Assembly: GCA_963722825.1 (NCBI GenBank)
Contig: CAVROI010000003.1
Location: 1,879,764-1,943,763 of the forward strand
DNA: 64,000 bases
Reading direction: 5' to 3'
Origin: an uncultured Gemmatimonadales bacterium
GTDB taxonomy: Bacteria > Gemmatimonadota > Gemmatimonadetes > Gemmatimonadales > GWC2-71-9
In this document: in pieces, positions 56,533-64,000 of the stretch
How the letters are laid out: each line of letters opens with the position of its first letter
Numbering within the stretch: the stretch's first letter is position 1
The notes under the pieces: model-generated
What the model was told of the DNA's origin: nothing
What the model saw: the letters and a program-made list of their open reading frames with translations, nothing else
The model's database searches: none
Translations under genes and position numbers: made by a program

Positions 56533-57660
56533 GTGACCGGTTCGAGTCAACGCGTAGAACGTCTGGCCAGTATTCCCGGCGGCGAGACGGATGGCGAATC
56601 GGAGGAAGTCTCGACCCTCGGTCTCGCGATCGTGGTGCTCCGGTATCGCGCCCTGGTCCTGCTCACCGCCCTCCTCGCCGTTGCGATCGTCGTTCCGGTC
56701 ACGCTGCTGCTGCCTCGCACGTACACCTCCGAATCCAGCTTCATGCCGCAAGCGAAGAAGAGTCCTACCAGCCTTTCCGGCCTGGCGGCGCAGTTCGGAT
56801 TCTCCCTCCCGGCCACCGATCCCGGGCAGTCACCTGCCTTCTACGCCGACCTGGCCGTCTCGCGGAGCATCCTGGGGCAACTCGTCGAATCCACCTATCG
56901 CTTCGAGAGGGACGGCCACCCCGTCGACGGAACCCTGATCGATTTCTATAAGTCCAAGGGTGAGACCCCGGGACGCCGGCGGGACGCCGCGATCCGCCGG
57001 CTGGCGGGCGAGATCGATGCGACGACGGTGCAGAAGACCGGACTCGTGGACGTGACGGTCACCAGTCGGCAACCCGATCTCGCCCTCCAGATCAACCGGC
57101 GTGTGTTGGACCTTCTGAATGACTTCAACTTGCGGACGCGGCAGTCCCAGGCTGCTCAGGAGCGGCGGTTCACCGAGCGCCGGCTGGACGAGGTCCGCCA
57201 GGATCTCCGGGCCGCCGAGGACCGGCTGCAGCAGTTTCTTCAGCGCAATCGTGATCTGCTCAACTCTCCGGAGCTGATGTTTCAGCGGGACCGGCTCCAG
57301 CGAGAGGTCCAGATGCAGCAGGAGGTATTCACATCGCTCGCACAGGCCTTGGAGCAGGCCAAGATCGAGGAGGTACGGGATACACCCGTTCTGACTATGG
57401 TTCAGGTTCCGGAGAAGGCCGTGCGCCCGGACCGGCGCGGCCTGGTCGGGAAGGGGATTCTGGCCCTCCTTGCGGGCCTCGTCCTGGGGGGTCTGATCGC
57501 GCTCTGGAAGTCCTATAACGAAAACGCCGCCCGAACCGGCTCTCCGGAAGCAGCCGAGTTCCAAAGACTTCGAAAGGCGGCGGCAGCGGATGTGTTACAT
57601 CCTTGGCGTGCCCTGGGTCGTTTGTGGAGGAGTGCTCGACCAGGGAGGGTCATCGACTAG
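56533..57660 (+). CDS. wzz: Polysaccharide co-polymerase / chain-length determinant (Wzz-like, no kinase domain)
   Basis: An N-terminal TM helix is followed by PRTYTSESSFMPQ, the Wzz motif region. A long coiled-coil follows (QSQAAQERRFTERRLDEVRQDLRAAEDRLQQF). A C-terminal TM reads GILALLAGLVLGGLIALW. There is no Walker-A tail. Confidence 0.8.
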   Translation: MTGSSQRVERLASIPGGETDGESEEVSTLGLAIVVLRYRALVLLTALLAVAIVVPVTLLLPRTYTSESSFMPQAKKSPTSLSGLAAQFGFSLPATDPGQSPAFYADLAVSRSILGQLVESTYRFERDGHPVDGTLIDFYKSKGETPGRRRDAAIRRLAGEIDATTVQKTGLVDVTVTSRQPDLALQINRRVLDLLNDFNLRTRQSQAAQERRFTERRLDEVRQDLRAAEDRLQQFLQRNRDLLNSPELMFQRDRLQREVQMQQEVFTSLAQALEQAKIEEVRDTPVLTMVQVPEKAVRPDRRGLVGKGILALLAGLVLGGLIALWKSYNENAARTGSPEAAEFQRLRKAAAADVLHPWRALGRLWRSARPGRVID

Positions 57661-57762
57661 GACCGGCGGCCCACCTCTTGCGCTCCTCAGGGTGCGACTT
57701 GCAGCCCGCAACCAGAGGAACGGCATCACCTGAGATCACCTAACTTTCGCATGGACAATCTC

Positions 57763-57791
57763 TTGACTCCCCGCCCCCCCCAGTTGATACT
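57763..57791 (+). promoter_or_regulatory. Sigma70-like promoter candidate (TTGACT-17 nt-GATACT) immediately before the capD/wbpM-like ORF
   Basis: TTGACT at 57763-57768, a 17-nt C-rich spacer, then GATACT at 57786-57791. The ORF ATG is at 57800, only 8 nt after the -10 element, and no SD is present. Confidence 0.3.
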
Positions 57792-57799
57792 CTAGCCAC

Positions 57800-59707
57800 A
57801 TGGCTCCCGAGACCTTTCTCACGCCACGTTCTCACGTCCGCAATCGATACTTCTTCGGGTCGGACGTTCTGCTTTTTGGCGCCTCTACGGTTCTGGCATT
57901 CGCGATCAGGTTCGAGGGGTTCGATTGGGGCCCGGATCAGAATCATTCGGCCCTGATCTTCCTGCTCAGTGGGCTTCCAATCAAGCTGTACGTCTTCTGG
58001 GCCGTCGGTATGTATCGGCGGCTCTGGCGCTATGCGGGCATGATGGAGCTCGAGCGCCTCATTTTCGCCTCGGCTGCGTCCGGCTTCATCTGCCTCGTTC
58101 TGGGGCTCTGGGTGCTGCCGGGGCTCGATCTGACCGTCCTGCGGGTGCCGCTGTCGGTCCTGTTCATGGATGGCCTGCTCACGGCGGCGGCCGCCTCGAT
58201 TCCGCGGCTCGCCGTCCGCTCCGCCGGCCGGAGGGGGCAACGGCGCCGGCTCCAGGACGGTCGCCGGGCCCTGATCGCGGGTGCGGGCGCTGCCGGCGAG
58301 ATGATCGTGAAGGAGCTCCTGGGCCATCCCCAGCTCGGGCTCAATCCCGTTGGCTTCGTCGACGACGACGAGTCGAAGCATGGTCAGCGGATGTACGATC
58401 TGCCGGTCCTCGGCCCACTGTCCGCGATCAAGGACATTGTGTTGCAGTATGATATCGACGAGATCATTATCGCGATGCCGAGGGCGCCGGGTCGCCTGGT
58501 CCGGGAGGTGGTGAAGATTGCGGTGGAGGCGGGTGCCCAGACCCGTACCGTCCCGGGGATGTACGACATCCTGGCCGGCAGAATCGCGGTCGGTGCCCTC
58601 CGCCAGGTGGAAATCCAGGACGTCCTCCGGCGGGAGCCCATTCAAACCGATCTGGAGCAGGTGCGGTCGCTGGCCACCGGGGAAACCGTCCTCGTGACCG
58701 GGGCCGGCGGATCGATCGGCAGCGAGCTTTGCCGGCAGCTCGCGCGGCTCGAGCCGGCCCAGATCCTCCTGCTCGGCCACGGCGAGAATTCGATCTTCGA
58801 CATCCAGCATGAGTTGAACGACCTGTTCCCCAACGTCTCCTCGGTGGCCCTCATCGCCGACGTGCGCGACCGCGGGCGGATGCGGCACATTTTCGAGACC
58901 TATCGGCCGTATTCGGTCTTCCATACGGCGGCACACAAACACGTTCCCCTCATGGAGCGGAACGTCTACGAGGCGGTCACCAACAACGTGCTGGGCACCA
59001 AGAACGTGGCAGAGCTGTCCGCCCGTTTCCATGTCGAGCACCTGGTCATGATCTCGACGGACAAGGCGGTTCGGCCCACCAATGTGATGGGTGCCACCAA
59101 GCGGCTGGCGGAGCAGATCGTCCAGGAGGTGGCCGAGACCTCAGGCAGAAACTTCGTCGCCGTCCGGTTCGGCAATGTGCTGGGGAGCCGTGGCAGCGTC
59201 GTTCCGACGTTCCTTCGGCAAATCCACGCCGGCGGGCCCGTCACCGTAACCCATCCGGAGATGCGGCGCTATTTCATGACGATTCCGGAGTCGGTCCAGC
59301 TGGTGCTGCAGGCCGGCGCGATCGGGAAGGGTGGGGAAGTGTTCGTGCTCGATATGGGGGAGCCGATCAAGATCGTGGATCTCGCCGCCGACCTGATCCG
59401 GCTGTCAGGGCTCGAGGTTGGTGCCGACATCGAGATCCGATTTACCGGCACCCGACAGGGCGAAAAGCTCTACGAGGAGCTCTTCTTCGACTCCGAGAAC
59501 GCCCTTCCCACGGATCACCCCAAGGTGCTCCGGGCTCGGAACGGAGCCCTGCCCACCGGACTGGCCAAGACCGTCGATCGGCTGGTCGATGGTGCCTCCA
59601 GCGGCTGGAGCGATGACCAGCTCAGGGAACTCCTCATGCAGCTGGTGCCTGACTTCCGCGCAGCAGGATACGCCACAGACGTGATGATCGAGCAGCTCGG
59701 CGTCTAG
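57800..59707 (+). CDS. Membrane-anchored UDP-GlcNAc 4,6-dehydratase / nucleotide-sugar epimerase-dehydratase (CapD/WbpM/PglF family)
   Basis: N-terminal TM helices are followed by two Rossmann regions (LIAGAGAAGEM and VLVTGAGGSIGSEL). FHTAAHKHVPLME, MGATKR, and RFGNVLGSRGSV are present. Confidence 0.9.
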   Translation: MAPETFLTPRSHVRNRYFFGSDVLLFGASTVLAFAIRFEGFDWGPDQNHSALIFLLSGLPIKLYVFWAVGMYRRLWRYAGMMELERLIFASAASGFICLVLGLWVLPGLDLTVLRVPLSVLFMDGLLTAAAASIPRLAVRSAGRRGQRRRLQDGRRALIAGAGAAGEMIVKELLGHPQLGLNPVGFVDDDESKHGQRMYDLPVLGPLSAIKDIVLQYDIDEIIIAMPRAPGRLVREVVKIAVEAGAQTRTVPGMYDILAGRIAVGALRQVEIQDVLRREPIQTDLEQVRSLATGETVLVTGAGGSIGSELCRQLARLEPAQILLLGHGENSIFDIQHELNDLFPNVSSVALIADVRDRGRMRHIFETYRPYSVFHTAAHKHVPLMERNVYEAVTNNVLGTKNVAELSARFHVEHLVMISTDKAVRPTNVMGATKRLAEQIVQEVAETSGRNFVAVRFGNVLGSRGSVVPTFLRQIHAGGPVTVTHPEMRRYFMTIPESVQLVLQAGAIGKGGEVFVLDMGEPIKIVDLAADLIRLSGLEVGADIEIRFTGTRQGEKLYEELFFDSENALPTDHPKVLRARNGALPTGLAKTVDRLVDGASSGWSDDQLRELLMQLVPDFRAAGYATDVMIEQLGV

Positions 59708-59709
59708 CC

Positions 59710-62373
59710 CTACTGCTTGGCCACCACGACGATCGTAACCAGTGCCCCCAGCAGCTGCGCTGCCGTCGCCAGAATAGCAGTGACGTTGCTGGGCTGCTCC
59801 TGAATCAGTTTCGTCGGCACGTAGACCACGGCCCCCGCCTTCGGCTTGGGAACATGGTCGGCCAGCAACGCCCGCCGCTTTACCCCTTCACGCACGCCGT
59901 TGGGTTGAGTCACGTACACGTGCTTGTCATCGCTCCGCTGCGTATATCCGCCGGCGGCGTTGACGTACCAGTCGAGACTCTTGCCGGCCGTGTACGCCAC
60001 GGCGCCAGGTGAATTGACCGCGCCTTGAACCATGATCACCGGGTTGAACTCCGGAATGTAGATCGAATCTCCGCCCGTCAGGATGATGTTATCGCGGAAG
60101 GTCGAGTCCTTGAGCACTCGGGGCAGGTCGATGCCGATCCGCTCGGGTATGCTGCGCCCGACGGAATCTCGTCTCTCGGCGCCATCCGCAGGCACCTGAG
60201 GCAATCGCTCCACGGCCGTTGGCTTGGTGCCGGTATAGGACCGGTAGAACTCGATGCCGTTGGCGTAGGCCTCCGGCGTCAGGCCGCCGGCCCTGCGGAC
60301 AATTTCATTGAGGCGCTCGGTCTTGTTCACGAGCGAATACCGGCCGGGATACTTGACCTGGCCCACGATCGCCACGCTTCGCAAGAGGTCCCATCCCGGC
60401 TGCCGCATGATCAGCAGATTGTCATACGGCCTGAGCGGCGTTTCCGCGGTCCCGGCGGCGCGACCCGGCAGTCCCGGGGGCCAGCCGGGAACGTCACCTG
60501 CCCGGCGCCCGAAGAGATACGTCGAGTCGAGCGGGACCCGCACCGTCGTCGCGAGCGCTCCGGGAGCCTGGTCGCCGGAGAGCCTCGCCACTTCCGCCTC
60601 TTGAAGGTAGGCGTCGTCGGTCAGGCCGTCCGCGAGAAGAACTGCATCCCGGACCGTCATGCCCTCACGATATGCCACGCGTCCCGGCTTTCTCACCGCC
60701 CCGACGACCGCCACGTATGGCGCCGGGCGGAAGGTCGAGCGGGCGAATACTCTGACCTCGTCCTCGTCCTGCAGAACGAGATCGTCCGTCACCGCCCCGG
60801 TAGAGTCGGCGAATGCCGAGCGGAGCTGGATCATGCTCGAGTCGTCGCGGAGCCGCGTCACCAGTATCCGGCCGAGATAGACGTCGGGCTTGGGGCCACC
60901 GGCCAGCCGAATTGCCTCGCTGAGCTTCATGCCCGGCGTAAATCCCACCGCACCCTCTACCCAGACGTTCCCTTTTACCGACACGAAACTGCGCATCCGC
61001 TGGGCAACGCCGAAGACGGTGACCGAATCGCCCGGAACCATCGGGACCGACGGCGTGACTCCATTGATGAACTGGTCGGCGCCGACCGACACCACGACCC
61101 TGGCCCGGCCCCCGGGGCCTCTCGACTCCGGCGGAAGCACGCGATTGATGGTGACACGAGCCTGGTATGCGCTGGGATCGTATCCGCCAGCGAATCCGAT
61201 CACGTCCCGCAAGGTCTCGTTCGGCAACAGCTCGTAGACGGCGGGCCTGGTCACCTTCCCGGCGACCTTGGCGTAGCCACCATGGACCGGCACGAACACG
61301 ACGTCGCCGGTCTGGAGCCGGACGTCGGTTCGATTGATTCCGCGCAGGAGGTAGTCATAGAGGTCGAGGCTATCGACCAGCTTGCCTCCCCTCCTGACGT
61401 CCACCCGACGGAAGCTTCCGTTGACCGTCGGCCCCCCGGCCGAATACAGCGCCGTGAGGACCGTACCGGCGCCCGAGATCTGATACGCTCCGGGACGGAT
61501 CACCTCTCCCGCGACGTAGACCTGAATGTTCCGGAGCCGAGCCAACGATATCTGAAACCTCGTGCGGGCTCCCGGCCCCCGCCGGACGCCGGAATAGACC
61601 CGGCCGAGTCGGGTATAGAGCTGATCCCGAAGCTCGCCGAGCGTCAAATTGGCTGCATAGACCTGGCCGACCTGCGGAATGATGACGAAGCCCTCGCGAG
61701 TGACCTCGAGATTGTGGACTCGCTCGACGTCGCCGGTGAGAATCAGCACCATCACATCGCCCGGTCCCAACCGGTAATTCTCGTCGACCGGTCCGGACTG
61801 CGTCGGCTGAAAGCTCGTGGAAGTGCGCCGGAAGGTCCCGAGCCCGAAGACCTTGAGCCCGCCGGGCTGGTAGATCATCAGCGAGTCGGCAAGCGAGTCG
61901 GCACGGAGGGAGTCGGCCTTACGAAGCCGGAGCGAGTCCAGTAGCAGCCGCACGGAGTCGGAGAGGGCCATCAACGAATCCGGCTTCCGCAACGAGTCCG
62001 CCTCCTCGGTGCTCAGAATCCCGAGGGATCGAATCGCGTCCAGCGTGCGTGGGCCGGGGCGCGCGGCCGCGGTCGTGTCGGCACCCGGCAGGTAGCTGTC
62101 CAGGATGTCGTCGGGATATCCCGCGGCCCGGAGGCGCGAACGAATCTGATCCTGAGTCAGCCCGGATTCGGCGAGCTTTTGCCGGAGCTGTTCCACCAGC
62201 CCAGGCTGATTGCGGAGCAGGTCCTCCGCCTCCTTTGGAGTGGGAAGCTGCTGGCCTGGGGCAACCTGGGTAGGGATCTGCGCATCCGCGCGGGTGGATA
62301 GGACGGAAGAGATCAGGCCCAGGAGGAGAGCGACCGTCCAGAGCAGGGTAGGGCGTGGGAATCGACTGTGCAT
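59710..62373 (-). CDS. Large outer-membrane polysaccharide export protein (Wza-like Poly_export plus multiple SLBB domains, 887 aa)
   Basis: A signal peptide is present. YRLGPGDVMVLIL is a Poly_export motif. SLBB-like units repeat (VYVAGEVIRPGAY, AKVAGKVTRPAVY, VSVKGNVWVEG, VAVVGAVRKPG, VAIVGQVKYPGRY, IMVQGAVNSPG). There is a C-terminal hydrophobic helix. Confidence 0.85.
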   Translation of the reverse strand: MHSRFPRPTLLWTVALLLGLISSVLSTRADAQIPTQVAPGQQLPTPKEAEDLLRNQPGLVEQLRQKLAESGLTQDQIRSRLRAAGYPDDILDSYLPGADTTAAARPGPRTLDAIRSLGILSTEEADSLRKPDSLMALSDSVRLLLDSLRLRKADSLRADSLADSLMIYQPGGLKVFGLGTFRRTSTSFQPTQSGPVDENYRLGPGDVMVLILTGDVERVHNLEVTREGFVIIPQVGQVYAANLTLGELRDQLYTRLGRVYSGVRRGPGARTRFQISLARLRNIQVYVAGEVIRPGAYQISGAGTVLTALYSAGGPTVNGSFRRVDVRRGGKLVDSLDLYDYLLRGINRTDVRLQTGDVVFVPVHGGYAKVAGKVTRPAVYELLPNETLRDVIGFAGGYDPSAYQARVTINRVLPPESRGPGGRARVVVSVGADQFINGVTPSVPMVPGDSVTVFGVAQRMRSFVSVKGNVWVEGAVGFTPGMKLSEAIRLAGGPKPDVYLGRILVTRLRDDSSMIQLRSAFADSTGAVTDDLVLQDEDEVRVFARSTFRPAPYVAVVGAVRKPGRVAYREGMTVRDAVLLADGLTDDAYLQEAEVARLSGDQAPGALATTVRVPLDSTYLFGRRAGDVPGWPPGLPGRAAGTAETPLRPYDNLLIMRQPGWDLLRSVAIVGQVKYPGRYSLVNKTERLNEIVRRAGGLTPEAYANGIEFYRSYTGTKPTAVERLPQVPADGAERRDSVGRSIPERIGIDLPRVLKDSTFRDNIILTGGDSIYIPEFNPVIMVQGAVNSPGAVAYTAGKSLDWYVNAAGGYTQRSDDKHVYVTQPNGVREGVKRRALLADHVPKPKAGAVVYVPTKLIQEQPSNVTAILATAAQLLGALVTIVVVAKQ

Positions 62374-62406
62374 GGAGGCCGAAGATCGCTCGTAAGTAGG
62401 GCGAAG

Positions 62407-63540
62407 TCAAGCGGTTGCGTGCAGTACCTCACGCCAGAAGCGGAGCGTCTTGTCGGCCACTGCGGCGTCGGTGTACTCGTCCATCACCCGCCGGCGTCCT
62501 GCCGCGCCCAGGCGGGCACACTCGCCGGGTGTGTCATGAAGCCGCTGGAGAACGACTGCCAGCGCCGGCACGTCTTCTTCGGGGACGATGATGCCGGCCT
62601 CGCCGATGGTCTCCGGCAGCGCACCGGCCGAGCTGCTGACCACCGCCACGCCATGCGCCATTGCGTCCAGCGCGGCACGCGGTGTGATCTCTATCCAGCG
62701 GGGCGTGGTCCGGGACGGCATCACGAGGCAATCGAAACGCGGCCAGACCTCCTCGACAGCGGTCCTGGGCAGTGCGCCGAGCCAGGTTACCCGGCCGGCG
62801 ATGCCGAGCCGCTCGGCCAGGCCCTCGAGCTCCTCCTGCGCGGGACCGGTGCCGACCACGGTGATGTTCCATCTCCCGACCAGCTTCACGCAGGCACGGA
62901 AGAGCAGATCGAGTCCCTTTTCGGGAATCAGCCGCCCGACGAAGCCGATGGACAGGCCGACATGAGACGACCGTTGGGTGTTGAGCGGGAGGGGGACGCC
63001 CACTTGCGGCGCGGTCCGGTGCGGAAGTGCCGGGTGATCCCGGATCCCGAGCCGCACGGCCGATTCGTTGACGCCGACGATCCCGACGGCGCCGGAAAGT
63101 GTCCGATTGCGCCGAAGCTTCGACAGGACCCCGTTGCTCAGGGGCAGGCTCTCACGTGCGAGGACCACGTAGGGAAGGTTGAGCCGCTTGGCCGCGCGCG
63201 CGAGTGCGGCGGCGCCGCGGGTCCACGGCTCTTCTTCGATCTGGACGATGTCGGGTCGGAAGTCCGAGAGCAGGCGGCGCAGGGATGTGGCATGCCAGAC
63301 GGGATCCGCGCTGGGCGACGTGCTGCCACGAATGGGGATCGGGACGGTACGCACTCCGCCATCGTCACCCCATGACGTCTTCTGTTCGTGCGAGAAACCG
63401 GCTGGAATCCAGCGATCCGGCACGGCGGCGGCGACGGCCACGCCGAGACCGGCAAGGGCCTTGAGCTTGCCTCGGGCAGCAGGATCGGCATACACCCGGG
63501 AGACGACGATGGCGCGCACGCCAGCAATCTGCCTGTACAT
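62407..63540 (-). CDS. Glycosyltransferase family 4
   Basis: The start is at the internal ATG (MYRQIAGVRAIVVSRVY...). IGFVGRLIPEKGLD and the EX7E-like region PRAALDAMAHGVAVVSSSAGALPETI are present. The 136-codon upstream extension in the track looks non-coding. Confidence 0.8.
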   Translation of the reverse strand: MYRQIAGVRAIVVSRVYADPAARGKLKALAGLGVAVAAAVPDRWIPAGFSHEQKTSWGDDGGVRTVPIPIRGSTSPSADPVWHATSLRRLLSDFRPDIVQIEEEPWTRGAAALARAAKRLNLPYVVLARESLPLSNGVLSKLRRNRTLSGAVGIVGVNESAVRLGIRDHPALPHRTAPQVGVPLPLNTQRSSHVGLSIGFVGRLIPEKGLDLLFRACVKLVGRWNITVVGTGPAQEELEGLAERLGIAGRVTWLGALPRTAVEEVWPRFDCLVMPSRTTPRWIEITPRAALDAMAHGVAVVSSSAGALPETIGEAGIIVPEEDVPALAVVLQRLHDTPGECARLGAAGRRRVMDEYTDAAVADKTLRFWREVLHATA

Positions 63541-63612
63541 GGTGCCGGCTCCAAGGGCCACGGCGCCGGTTGACACCGATCGCGGGTCATGGTGAAGTTG
63601 GCAAGACTCAAC

Positions 63613-64000
63613 ATGCGCATCCTTCACCTCGCGAAGTACTACTGGCCGCGGTCGGGCGGCATGGAACGCGTGGTCCAGAGCTTGGCCGAAGGTGCGGCGA
63701 TGCTCGGGCACCAGGTGGAGGTGGTGGCCATCGAGGGACGCGGTCGCGGCGGGCCAGCCGCGCGACAGCGCTCGGCGGTCACCCGCGCCTTCTCCTTCGC
63801 CGCGCTCGGCACCCAGGAGATTGCCCCAGGGTACATCGCCGCCGCCTGGAGAAGCGCCGACATCATTCACGTCCATCACCCCCACCCGCTCGCCGACGTG
63901 GCCTGTTTGCTTCGTGCGCGACGTACACCGGTGGTGGTGACCCAACACGCCGACTCTCGACGCTCGATGTATCGGCCGGTGACGCGGCTCGTGCTTCGCC
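63613..64000 (+). CDS. Glycosyltransferase family 4, N-terminal part (runs off the window)
   Basis: Not in the ORF track because there is no stop in the window. My translation from the ATG at 63613 reads MRILHLAKYYWPRSGGMERVVQSLAEGAAMLGHQVEVVA..., the typical GT4 N-terminal domain. It is divergent from the previous gene across a 72-bp spacer. Confidence 0.7.
   Translation, partial: MRILHLAKYYWPRSGGMERVVQSLAEGAAMLGHQVEVVAIEGRGRGGPAARQRSAVTRAFSFAALGTQEIAPGYIAAAWRSADIIHVHHPHPLADVACLLRARRTPVVVTQHADSRRSMYRPVTRLVLR

Noticed and set aside
60025-61944. A 639-aa plus-strand ORF.
   Set aside because: It is antisense to the Wza-like exporter, whose Poly_export and SLBB repeats are evident on the minus strand.
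63541-63948. The 136-codon N-terminal extension of the GT4 ORF at 62407-63948.
   Set aside because: The extension is His/Arg/Gly-rich and overlaps, in antisense, the start of the divergent GT4 gene beginning at 63613. The GT4 domain begins at the internal ATG at 63540.

Overview
High-GC (by eye about 68-70%) chromosomal DNA from a diderm bacterium. The TonB-dependent receptor with a carboxypeptidase-regulatory-like N-terminus, the lipoproteins and the Wza/Wzx/Wzy machinery suggest Gemmatimonadota or Acidobacteriota; that assignment is inference only. I see three blocks. (1) 1-11.6 kb is a LacI-controlled beta-glucoside/cellodextrin utilisation locus: GH3, LacI, a TonB-dependent receptor, a sugar ABC importer, GH1 and an MsiK-like ATPase. 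(2) 11.7-29.3 kb is housekeeping: yraN, recA-recX, a 2Fe-2S/molybdopterin oxidoreductase pair, alaS, then a long chain of translationally coupled genes (PHP phosphatase, gmhA, SDR, asparaginase, cca, ZIP transporter, rarA, LEA_2 lipoprotein, hflX), an unlisted 55-aa lipoprotein sORF, and an isocitrate-lyase/PEP-mutase family gene. (3) 29.7 kb to the window end is a >34 kb Wzx/Wzy-type surface-polysaccharide cluster. It contains rfbACDB, a GT9 heptosyltransferase, four to five methyltransferases, a flippase, a polymerase-like protein, several GT2/GT4 enzymes, a WbpK/L/M-like initiation module, Wzz and a giant Wza-like exporter. The most interesting part is a cassette at 40.9-49.1 kb. It consists of an animal/Bacteroidetes-type (sugar-phosphate) sialic-acid-synthase homologue, an SDR, an aldehyde dehydrogenase, a CMP-sugar cytidylyltransferase, a single-chain transketolase-like enzyme, a HAD phosphatase and an HP-motif GT-B-like protein. 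This does not match the Neu5Ac, Pse, Leg, Kdo or KDN gene sets as I know them, so it may make an undescribed CMP-activated ulosonic/ulosaric acid. I recognised no rRNA, tRNA, CRISPR array, transposase, integrase or defence system. All homology calls come from reading motifs in the supplied translations, or in my own translation where the ORF track lacks the frame; no database search was possible. Most long Arg/Pro/Gly-rich ORFs in the track are antisense or off-frame artefacts of the high GC content.
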